From: an uncultured Candidatus Saccharibacteria bacterium
GTDB lineage: Bacteria; Patescibacteriota; Minisyncoccia; UBA6257; 2-01-FULL-56-20
Assembly (NCBI GenBank): GCA_964577245.1
Contig: CAZNYI010000004.1
Coordinates: forward strand, 1 to 33,634
DNA length: 33,634 nt
Reading direction: 5' to 3'
This document shows, piece after piece, positions 23,675-32,140 of this stretch. The position numbers and the translations under genes are program-made. A model generated the notes under the pieces. The model had not been told where the DNA came from and did not search any database. It saw only the letters and a list, made by a program, of their open reading frames with translations. Position 1 is the stretch's first letter. Each line of letters begins with the position of its first letter.

Positions 23675-24841
23675 ATGGCTATTGTCCTTATCGTGAGCGT
23701 GCTTGTGCTACAGATACTTCTCGTTTTTACGCACCTTACGCTCTATGTGGTCGTGGCAATGGTGTTCGGCATTGGCGGGACGGTGTTAAAAACGATATTC
23801 ATCATTTTGGCGTTTTTGTTCCTCTCCGCATCGCTCCTGGCGCACCAATACCGATGGAAGTGGCTTGATTGGTATTACACCGTCGCCGCGTATTGGTTCG
23901 GCCTGTCAAGCTTCCTTTTTATCGGTGCGCTCGCGTTCTATTTCGCGAGTGATGTACTCTATGCTTTCAATATATATGTCCCTCCGGCGCCCTTCGCCGG
24001 CGTTCTTTTCGCTCTGGCGTTCCTTCTTCATCTTTATGGGACATGGCAGAGTTCCCGCGCGCAGATAACCCCCGTTACGGTTACGATACCAGAATTGCCT
24101 GCGGCGTGGCATGGGAAAAAGATCGCGTTTGTGAGCGATCTTCATCTTGGAAAGGTGTGGCGTGAGGGATTTGCAGCGAAAGTGGCGGGGAAGATTATGG
24201 CGCTTGCGCCCGACGCGATCTTGATCGGCGGAGATCTTTTTGATGGCATGACGTGCGATGTTCGGAAGATGGTTGAGCCATTGCGAGCACTGCGTGCCCC
24301 GCGCGGCGTATTCTTTGTCACTGGCAATCATGAATATTTTTTGCCTGACGTCACGGCCGCGCTCACGGCACTCCGCGCCGTAGGCATTCGCATATTGGAC
24401 GATGAACGGGTGGATATTGGCGGCCTATCGCTCATTGGCGTGAACGACAAGAGCGACAAGGGTCCGCACCGCGACGATCATTTCAAAAAAGTACTCGGCC
24501 TCAAGCGGCCAGAAATATTGGACCATGAAGAGGCGCATTTTGAAAAGAGGCTGAATGGCGCAGGCACCCGTGACGGCCAGCCGATCATCCTTTTGAAGCA
24601 CGAACCGGATCATCTTGAGATCGCGAGCGAAGCCGGCGTCTCGCTCGGTCTGTTTGGGCACACGCATCACGGCCAGATTTTCCCCCTTAATTATTTCACC
24701 TGGAAGATCTACCACGGTTTTGACCATGGTCTGCACCGCATGGGCGACATGCAGGTCTATACCTCAAGCGGTGTAGGTACGTGGGGGCCACCCCTGCGCC
24801 TCGGCACGAAATCGGAGATTGTGCTTATTACGCTCCATTAA
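23675..24841 (+). CDS. membrane-anchored metallophosphoesterase (calcineurin-like)
   Basis: About 4 N-terminal TM helices, then the motifs FVSDLHLG, GGDLFDG, GNHEY and GHTHHG. It starts 2 nt after the marR stop. Confidence 0.9.
   Translation: MAIVLIVSVLVLQILLVFTHLTLYVVVAMVFGIGGTVLKTIFIILAFLFLSASLLAHQYRWKWLDWYYTVAAYWFGLSSFLFIGALAFYFASDVLYAFNIYVPPAPFAGVLFALAFLLHLYGTWQSSRAQITPVTVTIPELPAAWHGKKIAFVSDLHLGKVWREGFAAKVAGKIMALAPDAILIGGDLFDGMTCDVRKMVEPLRALRAPRGVFFVTGNHEYFLPDVTAALTALRAVGIRILDDERVDIGGLSLIGVNDKSDKGPHRDDHFKKVLGLKRPEILDHEEAHFEKRLNGAGTRDGQPIILLKHEPDHLEIASEAGVSLGLFGHTHHGQIFPLNYFTWKIYHGFDHGLHRMGDMQVYTSSGVGTWGPPLRLGTKSEIVLITLH
24269..24841 (+). repeat. 573-bp direct repeat, copy A (3' part of the intact phosphoesterase gene)
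   Basis: Aligns without indels to 30760-31332 at an offset of 6491. I counted about 81 mismatches by hand (about 86% identity). It contains an 89-bp identical tract, 24386-24474 = 30877-30965. Confidence 0.9.
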
Positions 24842-24848
24842 TCATTTT

Positions 24849-24857
24849 TGCTATACT
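24849..24857 (+). promoter_or_regulatory. extended -10 promoter, leaderless start of giant gene
   Basis: TGcTATACT (24849-24857), then 6 nt to ATG 24864. It begins 8 nt after the phosphoesterase stop. Confidence 0.6.
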
Positions 24858-24863
24858 AACTTT

Positions 24864-27800
24864 ATGAGAATGATGCGCCAATTTGCGTTCATAGTTCTTT
24901 TTTGTGTGACGCTCGGTTACGGCGTCATACCTTCCGTTTCTTTCGCATCAGCGCCGTGGTATAACGCGAGTTGGCCGTACCGCACCCAAATAACTATTGA
25001 CCATACGAAGGTTGCTTCATCAACCGGCGCCGAGTCCTACACCAATTTCCCTCTCCTCGTAAACGTAACAAGCACGAATTTAAGATTTGCGAGCAGCAGC
25101 GGTTACGTTGGCAATACGGACGGCTCCGATATCGTTTTTACGGCGGCCGACGGTACGACCAAGCTCAATCATGAGATAGAAAAATATTCCTCAAGCACGG
25201 GTAACTTGGTGGCGTGGGTGCAGATGCCGAACATTTCGACTTCCAGCGACACGAATCTCTATCTTTATTATGGGAATGTTGGGGCCGCGAACCAGCAGAA
25301 TGTGACGGGCACGTGGGATCCGACGTATAAGGCGGTGTGGCATTTCGCCGACGCCTCGGGAAATTTTAAGGACTCAACGGCTAACGGCAATACCGGAGTC
25401 GCTGCTACTACTACCCATTTGGTAGTGGGGCAAATCGACGGAGCAGCGGGTTTTGATGGGGCCACCTCAAGTGTGATCGCCGCCGATAATGCCGGGTTGC
25501 GGCCTACGGCGCAAATGACCGCCTCCATTTGGGCCAACCAATCTTCGTTGGCGGTCACTAAGATGCTGATTGATAAATATGGCTCTCTCCAGGCGTGCTG
25601 GACCATACGTGTCGATTCTACGAGCACTACGCGGCTGGTAAGCTACATCGCTACCAGCAGCAACGACGCGTCCAATTTTGCGCAGACTCCTGTTGGTTCT
25701 TGGTCAACGGGGTGGCATTATGTGGTCCTTCGTTACTATGGGGCAGGGGCGGCCGCTTCAGATAGGCAACAGGTTTATATTGACGGGGTGAACCAAGCTC
25801 TTACGTTTACCGGGATCGTACCGGCTGCATTGCTTACTACCACGGGTCCACTTGCGGTGGGATGGCAAACTGGGTTGAGCCGGGATTTTAACGGCACTCT
25901 TGACGAAGTCCGCTTTTCGAATATCGCCCATTCCGCCGACTGGATAGCGACTGAATATAATAACCAGGCGACCACTTCACTGCTTGCGTATAATACGCAG
26001 GAGAATTATCAAACGTCGCCCACTGTTCAATTTTCCCAAGCGACCACCACCATAGGGGAGACCTCCTCGTCCATCGCTATCGTCCTCGCACTCTCTGCCA
26101 CTTCCACGGCCACTTCCACGGCCACTTTTTCCATTGCGGGAAACGCCACTTCCGGCATTGACTATACGCTCTCTTCAACGACGGTTACCGTCTTGCCCGG
26201 AGCGACGACTTCAAGTGTCACGTTCACGCCGCTCAGTGATGGCGTCTATGGCCCTACGAAAACGTTGACCCTCACTCTCACGACCACTACGAACGCGACG
26301 ATCGGCGTCCAAGCTACTTCTACCGTCACGATACTTGAGGGAGGCGCCCCTCCCGTGCTCCAATTCGCCGCCACCTCCTCGTCGGGCGCCGCTGCTACCA
26401 CTACCGTTCCCGTCACGGTTGTTCTGGCCCCGACTTCCTCCATCCCTGCGGCTGCGAACTATGCCGTGACCGGCGGCACGGCAGTAAATGGCGCTGATTT
26501 CTCTCTTGCTTCCGGCACTGCGACTGTGGCCGCCGGCGCCACTTCCACCAGTTTCAACCTGCAGGTCAATAACGTGGCTTCCACCTCCGCACGTACCATC
26601 GTGATCACGCTTTCTGCGCCGGCCTCTTCAACGCTCGGGGCGAACACGACGTATACCTACACGATTGCGGCTTCAACTGATGCCATCCCGCCCGCCGTTG
26701 CATGGGTCGCTCCCGCTCAAAACGTCACGGTTTCCGGAACGGTCACGCTCACTGCTTCTTCTACGGACAACGTCAATGTTGCAAGCGTTGCTTTCTATCG
26801 TGGCAGCTTTGGAGGCGCGTTCGCCTCAAGCACGCTCATCGGGTCCAGTTCCGCTCCGAGCGGCACGCTTTTCTCGATACCCTGGAGCACCACCTCTACG
26901 ACGAACGGCTCCACTACGCTCTGGGCCCTCGCAACCGATACCTCGAACAATACTTCCACTGCCACCACCACGGTGAACGTGGAAAATCCGCCGGTGATCA
27001 CGAGTCCCGCAGTGGCTGTCGGTGCAACATCCACTGCCACCGTTAGTTGGACGACCAATGCGAACGCAAATTCCGTCGTGAACTACGGCCTCACCGCGGC
27101 CTATGGTTCTTCAACCACGAGCCCAACCCTCACCACCACTCACGCCATGCTCCTTACCAGCCTTGCGGTATCGAGCACGTATCACTATCAGATCAGCTCG
27201 ACTGATGGGCAGGGCAACGCCGCTACCACCACGGACGCGACTTTCAATACAAATCCGTCATTACCTGTTGCAAATGCGGGACAAGATCAGGCGCTGACGC
27301 TTCCTGCGCACACGATCACTTTAACCGGTTCGGCAACGGATGCCGGCGGGACTATCTCTTCGTATGCGTGGAGCGAGATCGATTTGCTTGGCGCGACCAT
27401 ACTTTCGCCGAGTAGTGCATCAACGACCGTGACCGATCTTGCCGTTGGAACCTATACCTTCCGTTTATTGGTAACTGACAGCAATAATGTAACCAGCACC
27501 GACGACATGTCTACGGTCATGACAAGCCCGAGCTATGTGGTCGGTGCCCCCGCAAAGAAAATCGTTATTCTCGGGTCTTCAACGGCCGCCGGAACCGGCG
27601 CAAGCCCGGTCAGTGATTCATGGGTCAATCTTTATGCGGCATATTTACAAACACTGAACGCAAGTAATGTCGTCGTTAATTTGGCAGTGGGCGGATATAC
27701 CACCTACCAGGAATTACCAACAGGTACGTTGCCGCCAAACGGGCGGCCAAATCCTGACACTTCGCATAACATTACGGCAGCGATTGCGCAGAATCCAAAT

Positions 27801-30716
27801 GCGATCATCGTCAGTCTTCCCACGAACGATACGGCGGATGGTTACACGCTTGCCGAAACGGAGGCGAATTTCGCCACTATCGCTGCGGCTGCGGCTGCGG
27901 CTCATATTCCAATATGGGTTTCAACTTCGCAACCGAGAAACTTAGGCACCACGGGACAAAATGGTTTGATAACCTTGCGGGATTGGATCAATACTACCTA
28001 TGGCAGGCATGCGCTCGATTTTTGGACTACGGTTGCAAATTCCGACGGTTCTATTAATACGCCATACGGTTATGGCGACGGCATCCACTTAAATAACGCT
28101 GGCCACCAGAAGCTTTATAACCGGGTGGTTGATAGCGGATTAATAGAGGAGCTTGACGATACTCAGGTGCCGAGCGTTTCCATCATCGCTCCCGCGCCCG
28201 GTGCCATGGTGCAAGGGACGGCGGTCACGGTGTCCGCGAGCGCGACCGATAATTATGCGATGGGGTCGGTGCAATTCATATTGGATGGCAGCAATTTAGG
28301 GTCGGCAATCACTGCCACGTCTTCTCCGAATACCTATAGTTACTCATGGAATACCGTTACGGCTTCCAATGCCACCCACACCTTGACGGCCATAGCGACG
28401 GACGTGTCGGGCAACGCTACCACTTCTCCCGGGATTGTCATTACGGTGAATAACACATTGCCCGTGCTCCAATTCGCCGCCACCTCCTCGTCGGGCGCCG
28501 CTGCTACCACTACCGTTCCCGTCACGGTTGTTCTGGCCCCGACTTCCTCCATCCCTGCGGCTGCGAACTATGCCGTGACCGGCGGCACGGCAGTAAATGG
28601 CGCTGATTTCTCTCTTGCTTCCGGCACTGCGACTGTGGCCGCCGGCGCCACTTCCACCAGTTTCAACCTGCAGGTCAATAACGTGGCTTCCACCTCCGCA
28701 CGTACCATCGTGATCACGCTTTCTGCGCCGGCCTCTTCAACGCTCGGGGCGAACACGACGTATACCTACACGATCTTACTGACCGCCACCACTTCCACTG
28801 CGCCGCAGAGCTTTGCGGCTGCGCCCGGCAACGCGCAAGCCGCCCTCACCTGGCTGGCGCCCTCTTCTAATGGCGGCTCAAATGTCACCGGGTATCTAGT
28901 AAGTGACAAACTCTCTGCCTCTTCCACCTATGCCCAAGCGACGACGACGGGTGCCACTGCTACTTCTGCGGTCATAACCGGTCTCACGAACGGCGCAAGC
29001 TATGACTTTCAGATTGTTGCGCAGAACAGTGTAGGCACTTCGAGCCCCGCAACGGCAACCAACGTCGTGCCGTTCACCGTGCCCAATGCACCCGTAATCG
29101 GCACGGCGATTGCGGGCAATGCCCAAGCAACTGTTACGTTTACGCCTGGTTTCAACGGAGGATCACAAGTGCTGTATTATACTGCGGCGGCAAATACCGG
29201 CGGAGTATTCGCCACGAGCACCGGGAGCAGTTCGATCACTGTGTCCGGTCTCACGAACAATCAGGCCTATAGCTTTACGGTGACCGCGACGAATGCTGCG
29301 GGCACTTCCGCTTCGTCTTCGCCATCCAATACCGTGACGCCCTTGGCCGCCATTCCCCAGATCTTGGGCGTCACTTCTTCTACGGCGTCCACTACCGCGG
29401 TGATTGCTTGGACCACCGATCTTCCCGCCGATGCTACGGTGAACTACGGCTTGACTGCGGGTTATGGTTCGTCTACTACCAATTCCGTCGCGACCACGTC
29501 CCATAGCATATTCCTTTCCGGTCTTGCTCCGCTTACGACCTATCACTTCAAAGTTTTGAGTTCCAATGGCACGGTGGCGTCATCGTCCGACGCTCTTTTT
29601 ACCACTCTCTCTGCCGGCGCGCCCACGGCGAGCAATGTGACAACGACCGGCATCACGGCGGTTGGCCAGATGCTGACCGGGCATTATACCTTTTTCGATC
29701 CGAATAATTATTCCGAGGGCGCTTCCACGTATCGGTGGCTTTCGGCAACTTCTACGGGCGGCACCTATGTACCGATCGGCGGGGCGGTGAATGCAACCCG
29801 CACATTGGTCGCTGCCGATGCCGGTACCTATCTGGAATTTGAAGCGACGCCGGTTTCTACGGCCACAGCCGGCGCGCCAGTGCGGAGCGGTCCAACGGCG
29901 CAGATCCAGGGGACAACCACCATACCGAATTTCTTATCGATCGCCGCTTCTTCCGTGACCGATGCTGCGGCCACGATCACTTGGACCACGGATATTGCTG
30001 CTTCCTCGTTCGTGAATTACGGCATGACCGTTGCGTATGGCGCGTCGACCGCCGAAGTCGATACTGCCCCACGCGTCTTGTCTCATGGCGTGGCATTGTC
30101 TGGGCTTTCCGCGTGCACTGCGTATCATGTCCAAGCCGAATCCACCGGATATGTTGGGAATACGGGGACAAGCACCGACATTGCCTTCACGACGACTGGC
30201 TGTATCGCGCCCACCCCCACGTCTACCTCTGGTAGCGGGGAAATTTCCGTCGGTGTTGCCGCGAGCTATGCGCCGTCCGGGTTCACGCCGGGTGCGCCCA
30301 CCCCCGTTGCCGTTACCCTCGCCCCCTCCACGACCGGCACCGGCACGGCCACATCCCCAACCAATGCTTCTTTGCTGGCTCAACTCCTATCGCTCTATCA
30401 ATCCTTGCAATCGTTAGAGCGGACTGCTGGTCTTACGATCACGCCGGCTCCGGCGGAGCTCAGCAGCTTTTCAACTTATATTTTTTCCCGCAATCTCTCG
30501 TTACGTGACGCCGGCGCCGACGTTCAAGAGCTCCAGAAATTTTTGATTGCCCACGCGGCTGGTCCCGCCGCACAAAAACTCAAGGTGCACGGCACAACGA
30601 CCGTTTTTGGCGCGCTCACGTATAACGCCCTGGTTGAATTTCAAAAATATGCCGGCATCACGCCGGCCTCGGGGTACTTTGGCGCGAAGACGCGCGCGTG
30701 GGCGAACGCACAATAG
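24864..30716 (+). CDS. giant multidomain cell-surface protein (about 1950 aa) with embedded SGNH/GDSL hydrolase and C-terminal PG_binding_1
   Basis: ATG 24864 gives the signal peptide MRMMRQFAFIVLFCVTLGYGVIPSVSFA. The track start 24819 is TTG inside the upstream gene. Modules: DUF2341-like N-terminus (WPYRTQITIDHTKV), LamG-like (LDEVRFSN), Calx-beta-like (GIDYTL, GADFSLASGTATV), Ig-like, three Fn3-like 'VNYG.T..YG' modules and PKD-like (ANAGQDQ). SGNH blocks are GSSTAAG, GGYTT, PTNDT and DGIHLN. A PG-binding tail closes the protein. Confidence 0.9.
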   Translation: MRMMRQFAFIVLFCVTLGYGVIPSVSFASAPWYNASWPYRTQITIDHTKVASSTGAESYTNFPLLVNVTSTNLRFASSSGYVGNTDGSDIVFTAADGTTKLNHEIEKYSSSTGNLVAWVQMPNISTSSDTNLYLYYGNVGAANQQNVTGTWDPTYKAVWHFADASGNFKDSTANGNTGVAATTTHLVVGQIDGAAGFDGATSSVIAADNAGLRPTAQMTASIWANQSSLAVTKMLIDKYGSLQACWTIRVDSTSTTRLVSYIATSSNDASNFAQTPVGSWSTGWHYVVLRYYGAGAAASDRQQVYIDGVNQALTFTGIVPAALLTTTGPLAVGWQTGLSRDFNGTLDEVRFSNIAHSADWIATEYNNQATTSLLAYNTQENYQTSPTVQFSQATTTIGETSSSIAIVLALSATSTATSTATFSIAGNATSGIDYTLSSTTVTVLPGATTSSVTFTPLSDGVYGPTKTLTLTLTTTTNATIGVQATSTVTILEGGAPPVLQFAATSSSGAAATTTVPVTVVLAPTSSIPAAANYAVTGGTAVNGADFSLASGTATVAAGATSTSFNLQVNNVASTSARTIVITLSAPASSTLGANTTYTYTIAASTDAIPPAVAWVAPAQNVTVSGTVTLTASSTDNVNVASVAFYRGSFGGAFASSTLIGSSSAPSGTLFSIPWSTTSTTNGSTTLWALATDTSNNTSTATTTVNVENPPVITSPAVAVGATSTATVSWTTNANANSVVNYGLTAAYGSSTTSPTLTTTHAMLLTSLAVSSTYHYQISSTDGQGNAATTTDATFNTNPSLPVANAGQDQALTLPAHTITLTGSATDAGGTISSYAWSEIDLLGATILSPSSASTTVTDLAVGTYTFRLLVTDSNNVTSTDDMSTVMTSPSYVVGAPAKKIVILGSSTAAGTGASPVSDSWVNLYAAYLQTLNASNVVVNLAVGGYTTYQELPTGTLPPNGRPNPDTSHNITAAIAQNPNAIIVSLPTNDTADGYTLAETEANFATIAAAAAAAHIPIWVSTSQPRNLGTTGQNGLITLRDWINTTYGRHALDFWTTVANSDGSINTPYGYGDGIHLNNAGHQKLYNRVVDSGLIEELDDTQVPSVSIIAPAPGAMVQGTAVTVSASATDNYAMGSVQFILDGSNLGSAITATSSPNTYSYSWNTVTASNATHTLTAIATDVSGNATTSPGIVITVNNTLPVLQFAATSSSGAAATTTVPVTVVLAPTSSIPAAANYAVTGGTAVNGADFSLASGTATVAAGATSTSFNLQVNNVASTSARTIVITLSAPASSTLGANTTYTYTILLTATTSTAPQSFAAAPGNAQAALTWLAPSSNGGSNVTGYLVSDKLSASSTYAQATTTGATATSAVITGLTNGASYDFQIVAQNSVGTSSPATATNVVPFTVPNAPVIGTAIAGNAQATVTFTPGFNGGSQVLYYTAAANTGGVFATSTGSSSITVSGLTNNQAYSFTVTATNAAGTSASSSPSNTVTPLAAIPQILGVTSSTASTTAVIAWTTDLPADATVNYGLTAGYGSSTTNSVATTSHSIFLSGLAPLTTYHFKVLSSNGTVASSSDALFTTLSAGAPTASNVTTTGITAVGQMLTGHYTFFDPNNYSEGASTYRWLSATSTGGTYVPIGGAVNATRTLVAADAGTYLEFEATPVSTATAGAPVRSGPTAQIQGTTTIPNFLSIAASSVTDAAATITWTTDIAASSFVNYGMTVAYGASTAEVDTAPRVLSHGVALSGLSACTAYHVQAESTGYVGNTGTSTDIAFTTTGCIAPTPTSTSGSGEISVGVAASYAPSGFTPGAPTPVAVTLAPSTTGTGTATSPTNASLLAQLLSLYQSLQSLERTAGLTITPAPAELSSFSTYIFSRNLSLRDAGADVQELQKFLIAHAAGPAAQKLKVHGTTTVFGALTYNALVEFQKYAGITPASGYFGAKTRAWANAQ
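26352..26665 (+). repeat. 314-bp perfect direct repeat, copy 1 (inside giant gene)
   Basis: Base-for-base identical to 28461-28774 by visual comparison. The offset is 2109 nt (703 codons), so it is in frame. It encodes PVLQFAATSSS...TYTYTI, a Calx-beta-like module. Confidence 0.95.
28461..28774 (+). repeat. 314-bp perfect direct repeat, copy 2 (inside giant gene)
   Basis: Identical to 26352-26665. The flanking bases differ on both sides (t/g before, t/c after). Confidence 0.95.
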
Positions 30717-30759
30717 AGAGTATCCTCAATGCTCGCCGAGACCTCTTGGGGCCCGGCCA

Positions 30760-31332
30760 ATGGTTGAGCCGTTGCGTGCGCTCCATGCTCCGCGCGGCGT
30801 ATTCTTTGTCACTGGCAATCACGAATATTTTTTGCCGGATATGGTGCCCGCCCTTGCGGCTCTTCGTGCGGCGGGTATTCGCATATTGGACGATGAACGG
30901 GTGGATATTGGCGGCCTATCGCTCATTGGCGTGAACGACAAGAGCGACAAGGGTCCGCACCGCGAAGATCATTTCAAAAAGGTGCTTGGTCTCAAGCGTC
31001 CGGAAGTATTGGATCATGAAGAAGATCATTTTGAAAAACGGCTGAACGGCACGGGGACCAATCACGGTCAACCGGTCATTCTTTTGAAGCACGAGCCGGA
31101 TCATCTTGAGATTGCGAGCGAGGCCGGCGTTTCGCTTGGTCTGTTTGGCCACACGCACCACGGCCAGATCTATCCGCTGAATTATTTCACCTGGAAGATC
31201 TATCACGGTTTTGACCATGGCTTGCACCGTATGGGCACCATGCAGGTCTATACCTCAAGCGGCGTTGGCACGTGGGGCCCGCCGCTGCGCCTCGGCACGA
31301 AATCGGAGATTGTATTGATCACGTTGCAGTAG
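30760..31332 (+). pseudogene. orphan 3' fragment of a metallophosphoesterase gene (direct repeat copy B)
   Basis: It encodes 190 aa, of which 174 are identical to the C-terminal 190 aa of 23675-24841. It lacks the TM region and the DxH and GD metal motifs. The 71 N-terminal residues of track ORF 30547-31332 are an out-of-frame read of the giant gene's 3' end. Confidence 0.65.
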
Positions 31333-31335
31333 CTT

Positions 31336-31408
31336 TCCGCATACACAAAAGAGCTTTTGAAAGCAGCTTGAGATTTACTGCTTTCAAAAGCTCTTTTGTG
31401 TATGCGGA
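31336..31408. repeat. perfect 31-bp inverted repeat (IR-4), 11-nt loop
   Basis: 31336-31366 is the exact reverse complement of 31378-31408. It begins 4 nt after the TAG of the phosphoesterase fragment. No U tract follows. Confidence 0.85.
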
Positions 31409-31497
31409 CAACCGCGCGTGATTGATACGATTTTACTTTTTTCCAAAATGGTGTATAACAGTGCTAGCTCGCCAAACCTTGGGAGCGGGAGGTTTCT

Positions 31498-32019
31498 GTG
31501 TCGTTTGCGCTGTATCTGACGAGCGTTTTCACTATTGCCCTGCCTCTTGCGCTCTTTGAGATTTGGTTGGAGCGCTTCAAGACGGGGTGGGGAGGGAATT
31601 TCACGAGCGAGTTCTGGGGACGCAAGATCCAGTTCGGATTGGCAAAAAAGCTACTCGGGAGCGGTGTGGAGCTGGGAACGCGGTATCACATTCTGATGTT
31701 CCCGGTCGTTGTCCCAACGCTCTTCTTCCTCTGCGCTCGCTTCCTCGGCCGGCACGTGGCGCACGCGCCCGTGTTCTGGCCACTCTTTGTTATTGCGGGC
31801 ATGTTGGGGATCATGGTGGCGGAGGACGCTCTGTGGTTCGTCCTCAATACCACCTTTCGCCTGCGATTCCCCGACGCACTCCAGCGCCTCCTTCGCGGAG
31901 ACGTTTCATGGCACCCGCGTTGGATTCGGTTGGGGTCCGTGAAACTTCCGGACTTTTACGTCTGGATGCCGGTGCTCGTAACGGCGCTGCTCTATCTGCA
32001 GGCGCAGATCGCCAAATGA
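31498..32019 (+). CDS. hypothetical polytopic membrane protein, 173 aa
   Basis: GTG start with GGGAGG (31485-31490) 7 nt upstream. Four or five hydrophobic helices. The overlapping frame 31563-32114 is Arg/Ala-rich and is rejected. Confidence 0.7.
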   Translation: MSFALYLTSVFTIALPLALFEIWLERFKTGWGGNFTSEFWGRKIQFGLAKKLLGSGVELGTRYHILMFPVVVPTLFFLCARFLGRHVAHAPVFWPLFVIAGMLGIMVAEDALWFVLNTTFRLRFPDALQRLLRGDVSWHPRWIRLGSVKLPDFYVWMPVLVTALLYLQAQIAK

Positions 32020-32140
32020 TCAATCATCGGTCCCGTGCGGGAAGCAATCCATTTGCTTTGTCCGCTCGGGACCTTTTTCATATGCTTTGGTGCACGGGTC
32101 TGGACGATCTTTGAATGATTGTATAATACCAACCTCAAAA

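Noticed and set aside
24819-24863. The upstream TTG start of the giant ORF overlapping the phosphoesterase 3' end
   Set aside because: ATG 24864 yields a proper signal peptide and sits 6 nt after TGcTATACT. The extension (MCLLRSINHFCYTNF) lies in the upstream gene and its stop region.
26352-28774. The 314-bp repeat pair as a DGR template/variable repeat or a CRISPR-like array
   Set aside because: The copies are identical, with no adenine-specific mismatches. There are only two copies, both in frame within one gene, and the window has no reverse transcriptase or cas gene.
30547-30759. The N-terminal 71 residues of track ORF 30547-31332
   Set aside because: This is an out-of-frame read of the giant gene's 3' end and is Arg/Pro-rich. 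Homology to the phosphoesterase starts exactly at ATG 30760.
31563-32114. A 183-aa alternative-frame ORF overlapping 31498-32019
   Set aside because: The product is Arg/Ala/Gly-rich with no start signals. The 31498 frame encodes coherent TM helices and has an SD.
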